DNA of 64,000 bases from the human T2T-CHM13v2.0 reference genome, Homo sapiens. Within the stretch, counting starts at the first letter, position 1; each line of letters starts with the position of its first letter. Under the pieces are notes generated by a model. It saw only the letters and a program-made list of their open reading frames with translations. It had not been told where the DNA came from and searched no databases. This document shows, in pieces, positions 58,539-64,000 of this stretch. The translations under genes were made by a program, and so were the position numbers. Location of the stretch: the NCBI RefSeq assembly GCF_009914755.1, contig NC_060935.1; one strand, given 5' to 3'.

Positions 58539-59500
58539 AATTATTAAGTTTTATATCACTATTTTGAAACAAATTCGTAAAAAAATCAGAAATCTGAGAA
58601 ACAGAGAAAATCCCTAGGAATGCCATGAAAGAGTAAGATGGATGAAAGCAGAAGTGCATGACCTCTGAGTAACCAGTCTCACAGGTTTGTCCCAAACTGT
58701 GTGTGAAAAGAAGGAAGGCTGGGCAGAATTCAGCATTTGAATGGCTGGAAGGAGCTGCCATTCTAGAATTGGTATTTGGCAGCATATAGAAAGTAACCAG
58801 GAAGACCAAATATCCCAAGGATTGTGGCTAGAGCTGTGAGCAGACTGAGCTGGAAGTGGAATGGAGGGAGATAGACCATGAAGAAACAGCATGCTTACAA
58901 TGATCCAAGATATTGAACTCACCTACCCTTTACTGTCAATTCAGTAGTTTTGCACTGAATTGACATATCTGTATTGCTGCATATCTGTAAGGAGAGGAGG
59001 AGGAATGCAAAGCCAGAAGACCACTGTGCAGTACAAATGTGGAAGAGAATTCTGTAAGAATTAGAGGTTGGTCTTCTTTTCATCTGACAAAAACAAGAAA
59101 TACATGCAGTCATACTGAAATTCTGTTTGTGTCTCTTATTGGCAGCGGGTGGCTTATCATTGTTTGTCCCGCAGTTGTGTCTGGAAATTGCCAACCAATT
59201 AAAACGCACAAAGTTAGCAAAATTGGTTACTCATTTTCCCAAAAATGTATACTGAATGTGCTGTAAATGAACTTGCTTTAGAAAGTTCAGTGAAGTATAC
59301 AGATTCCAGTTACTGGTAATGACTTAAAATAAGGCAATAAAAATGTCACAGCTGAGTATGGTTTTTACCCTTTAATTTTAGTTCTTGATGTGGCTCACTG
59401 AAAACTATAATTGAAATGACTGGTGGAGTTATGACTGCCAAACTCTGTCTTTGTTAATGTCGAAGTAAAAGAAGGTATGAAGCTAGGGGTTGGGGAATGA

Positions 59501-59858
<358 letters not shown>

Positions 59859-60279
59859 TGGATCTGGACTTCTTATCAGAATTAGTGGTGGGTAAATCCC
59901 TGAGGTTTCTTTATAATCTGCCTGGGATTAGATTCTCTGTAAAATCAGCTGATTCACAATATAACTGCTTTCTATTTTAAAATATCTTAACACTTAAACA
60001 ATGTTACCACACTTTGCAACATAAAATGTACAATAATTGTAAGAGAAATTTCACTGCTTCTCTACATTCACATGCGTTCATATATCAAGAGAATAAATTA
60101 AAGAGAAATTTATCCCGGGGGATTTTATAATAAATTACCAGAGAAAACTGAAACAGAATGCTAAAAGTAAAGCAATAGAAAACTCCAAAAAAGAAAAATA
60201 ATACTTCATGAAAACAACTCTAAAAAATATGTAACCAGAGCACAAAAAGCAACGTCTCCAAAGGTCAATTCCTTTATCT

Positions 60280-60395
60280 TAGTGGTTCTTAACTGGGCTG
60301 ATGTTAAACATACTGCAGTGTATAGGACAGCCCCTGACAACAAAGACTTATTCAGCCCCAAATGTCAGTTGTGACAACTTTGAGAATTCCTGCTT
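60280..60395. mobile_element. MER20-like hAT element, internally deleted
   Basis: AGTGGTTCTTAAC...AGGACAGCCCC..ACAACAAAGA..ATTCAGCCCCAAATGTCA...TGAGAATTCCTG. Confidence 0.7.
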
Positions 60396-60484
60396 TATAT
60401 TAAGCAGAATTTCTCCAAAATGTTTTTCTAGCTGGAGAAAATGATGCTGATATACTGTCTGGGCTCTTCACAAACTTAAAAACA

Positions 60485-62085
60485 AATTTTTAAACAGTAT
60501 TGGTGGCATATTATTATAAAGAAATTGCATTAAAAATGAATGTACAGATTAATGAATTACTATATAGGGCATATTTACATAACCACCATCCAAGCAAGAA
60601 ATAGAGCATTGTCAACCTAGACCCTCACCCTTTTCCCCCAGCACTTCTTGGGAATTGTGACTCCTTTTCTTCCCCTCATTCTCTTTACTTGGCTCATAGG
60701 TTTTCTTTGTAAATTACCATGCAATTATTCACCCCCATACACTTTAGTTTTACCTATTTTGGAACTTTATATAAATGGAATCATACAGTATGTATTCTTC
60801 TGTGTGTTTCTTCATTCATCATTTTGGTGAGTTCCATCCATGCAGGTAACAGTAATACATTCACTATCATTGCTCTGTGATATTCTGTTGTATTATCACA
60901 ATTCATTAATTCTATTATATACGGGCATTTGCATTGTTTTCAGTTTGGGGCTATTCCAACTAATGTTGCTGTACACATTCTTGTATATACACTCTGATGC
61001 ATACAAACTGTTCTATTGGGATTATATCTAGGAGTGGAACTACTAGGCCATAGGGTATGAGGATATTCAACATTAGTAGATAACATCAAATTATTTTCAT
61101 GAGCAGTTGTAAAAACTTATGCTTCCACATTAAGTACTGGAGAGTACTAGTTGTTCCACATTTTTTCCAGCTCTTGGTATTGTCAGTCTTTTTCATTTTA
61201 GCCATTCTGATGTTATGCAGTAATACCGTGTTATGGCTTTAATATGCATTGTTTTCTGATTACTACAAGGGTTCAGTACCTTTTCATATGGTTATTGGCC
61301 ATTTAGATATCTTCTTTTGTGAAGTGCCTCTTCAGTTCTCTTGCCCACTTTTTCATAGGGATGTCTGTTTCTGAATGGTTTGTTTTTCTTTATATATTCT
61401 CGGCATGAGCCCTTTGTTGTTCATTAAGATGCACATGTTTTCTGCCAATCTGTAGCTTGCTCTTACTCTCATAATCACATTTTTTAAACAAATAGAAGTT
61501 CCTAATCATAATATGGTCAGTGCAATGTATACATCTTTTTATAACCCATTTAAGATGAGCTGATTTTGATGGATTGTGTGGGACAGGAGTCTGCCTATAT
61601 ACCAATTTATCTATTTACTTGCACAGTCTCAATAATATTTATTGAAATAACTGTCCTATGTGAACTTCAGTGACATGGTTATCATAAATTAAGTGTCTAT
61701 AATTATGTAGAGGCTTTTTTGTCCTTCAATTCTGTTTCAGTGGTGTGTCAATTTTTGAGGGAATACCACTCTGTCTTAATGACTAAAGCCTTATAGTAAT
61801 CTTAGCATCTGTACAGCAAGAATTGACATCTTCCACAAGAATGTCTCAGTTCTTCTTGGCCCTTTTATTTTCATGTGTATTTTTAAAATTAGCTTTTCAA
61901 TTTTTATATACATACATAAACTAACACAAATGCACATTTTAGAAACAATAGATTCCATTGTATTGAATCTATCACTTTTTAGTATTAAGTTTTCCAATCT
62001 ATAAAATGATATATATCTTTCCATTTGGAAAGGTTTCATTTAATTTATCTCAACAATATTCTATAGTTTGCTGTATAGAGTTCTG
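60485..62085 (-). mobile_element. Ancient L1M (L1ME/MC-like) 3' region
   Basis: AACTTTATATAAATGGAATCATACAGTATGT, TTTCATTTTAGCCATTCTG, TTATTGGCCATTT. Confidence 0.75.
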
Positions 62086-62296
62086 AGATAACACATAGGG
62101 TAGAGCTGTCAACTCAAACTCACATGAATCAGATCTTATTTAATGGCAAACATTCCTAATAATTCCAAGGATACAAGACTCAGGCAAAGCATTCTTCCTT
62201 TGGAGAAATCCAAAACCATCAGCACAGCTCCCCAAAGATTCTTCCTCTTTTGTTTCAGGACATGGTCTGGTTCAGATTTAACATTTGATGTTACAA

Positions 62297-64000
62297 TTGC
62301 AGCAATTCAGTCCCGTCTTCAGGCTGCACAGGTAATTCTTGTTCTTTTGCTATTTGTGGTGACTTCCTCTATTGGAGTCTTGAATTCCACAAAGTCGTCC
62401 ACTGAGGGTTGGAATCCACTTTTTCCAAAATCCAGCTAATGTTGATATTTTGACCTCCTCCCATGAATTAAATATTCTTAATGGCATCTAGAATGATAAA
62501 ATATTTTTAGAGGTTTTTAATTTACTTTGCTTAGGTCCATCAGAAGAATCATTATCTGTGGCAGCTATAGTTTAACAAAATGTATTCCTTAAATAATAAA
62601 ACTTGAAAGTCAATATTACTGCTTGATCCACAAGCTACAGAATGGATATTATGTTAGCAGGCATACAGATAATATTCATATCTTTGTACATCTTCATTGG
62701 AGCTCTTTGTATGACTAGATGCATTGTAGATGAGCAGAAATATTTTTAAAGGAATCTTTTTTTTTTCTGAGCAGTGGGTCTCAACAGTGGGCTTAAAATA
62801 TTCAGTTAACCATACTGTAAACAGATATGCCATCATTCAGCCTTTGTTTTTCTATTTCTAGAACACAGGTAGAGTAGATATAGCATAATTTTTAGGGATT
62901 TTAGGATTTTTTAAATCCCCTTTAAGTGATCTTAGGAATTTTAAAGGTATCTTTTTTTTCTGAGTGGTGGGTCTCAACAGTGGGTTTAAAATATTCAGTT
63001 AACCATACTGTAAACAGATGTGCCATCATTCAGTCTTTCTTGTTCTATTTCTAGAACACAGGCAGAGTAGATATAGCATAATTTTTATGCATCTTGGGAT
63101 TTTTAAATCCCCTTTTAGGGATCTTAGAATTTTTAAATCCCCTTTAAGTTGAGCATTGGTGTCAACTTAAAATCAACAGCTACATTAACCCCTAACAAAA
63201 GAGTCAGTTTGTCCTTTGAAGCTTTGAAGCCAGGAATTAATTTCTCTCTAGCTATGAAAATACTAGATGGCATCTTCTTTCAATAGAAGGCCATTTTAGC
63301 TACATTGAAAATCTGTTTTTTAGCGTATCCACCTTCATCAATGATCTTAGCTAGATCTTCTGGATAACTTGCTGCAGCTTCTACATCAGCACATGTTGCT
63401 TCATCTTGTACTCTTACGTCATGGAGATGACTTCTTTCTTGAACCTCATGACCTACCTCTGCTAGTTTCAAGCTTTTCTTCTGTAGCTTCCTCATCTCTC
63501 TAAGGCTTCACAGAATTGAAGAGAGTTAGGGCCTTGATGTAGATTAGGTTTTGACTTAAGAGAATATTGTGGTTTGTTTGAACTTCCATCCAGAACGCTC
63601 AAACTTTCTCCATATCAGCAATAAGGCTGTTTTGCTTTCTTATTATTCATGTGTTTACTGGAGTAACACTTCTAATTTTCTTCAAGAACTTTTCCTTTGA
63701 ATTCATAACTTGGCTGTTTGGTACAAAAAGTCTTGATTTTGGCCTGTTTAGCTCTCAACATGCCTTCCTCACTGAGCTTAATTATTTCTAGCTTTTGACT
63801 TAAAGGTGAGACATGTGAGTCTCCCCCTTTCACTTGAACACTTAGAGGCCATCATAGGGTTATTAATTGGTCTATTTTAATGATGTTGTGTCTCACGGAA
63901 TAGGAAAGCCAGAGGAGAGGGAGAGAGATGGGAGAGTGACCAGTTGGTGGAACAGTCAGCACATACACATTTATCAATTAAGTTTGCTGTCTTACATGGG
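62297..64000 (-). mobile_element. Tigger1 (pogo/TcMar) transposase-region fragment running off the window, with an internal ~195-bp tandem duplication
   Basis: ORFs give [22 protein letters not shown] and WLTEYFKPTVET.CSEKK.IP.KI.LLI, which are Tigger1 transposase segments. Confidence 0.93.

Noticed and set aside
62654-63495. TIGD1-like transposase gene
   Set aside because: Fragmented by stops, frameshifts and a duplication; a decayed Tigger1 copy.

Overview
Primate, most likely human, repeat-rich intronic or intergenic DNA. I see no recognisable cellular protein-coding gene, RNA gene, CpG island or CRISPR-like array. Every long ORF maps to a transposable element: L1 ORF1/ORF2/ORF0, THE1 internal regions, Alu, Tigger1 or MER75. 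Main content is two near-complete THE1/MaLR proviruses plus a solo THE1 LTR, two co-oriented L1PA elements with clean TSDs, two older twin-primed (5'-inverted) L1s, about nine Alus, MIR/L2 fragments, hAT MITEs, MER75 and Tigger1. Five observations stand out. (1) The two L1PA copies about 18.6-18.9 kb apart look like different subfamilies, yet share private substitutions including RT D600H and a 265-bp identical tract, suggesting ectopic gene conversion. (2) A complex 95-bp-arm inverted repeat at about 9.9-10.2 kb carries in its loop a 31-bp copy of DNA 1.44 kb downstream. (3) Short locally templated duplications and fold-backs recur across the window. (4) One L1 keeps its promoter but has lost ORF1, leaving a 1007-codon ORF2 remnant. 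(5) An LTR end at the window start looks G-to-A hypermutated. Repeat subfamily names come from my recollection of consensus sequences and were not computed, and boundaries of old repeats are approximate. I cannot demonstrate a new biological system; these are leads.
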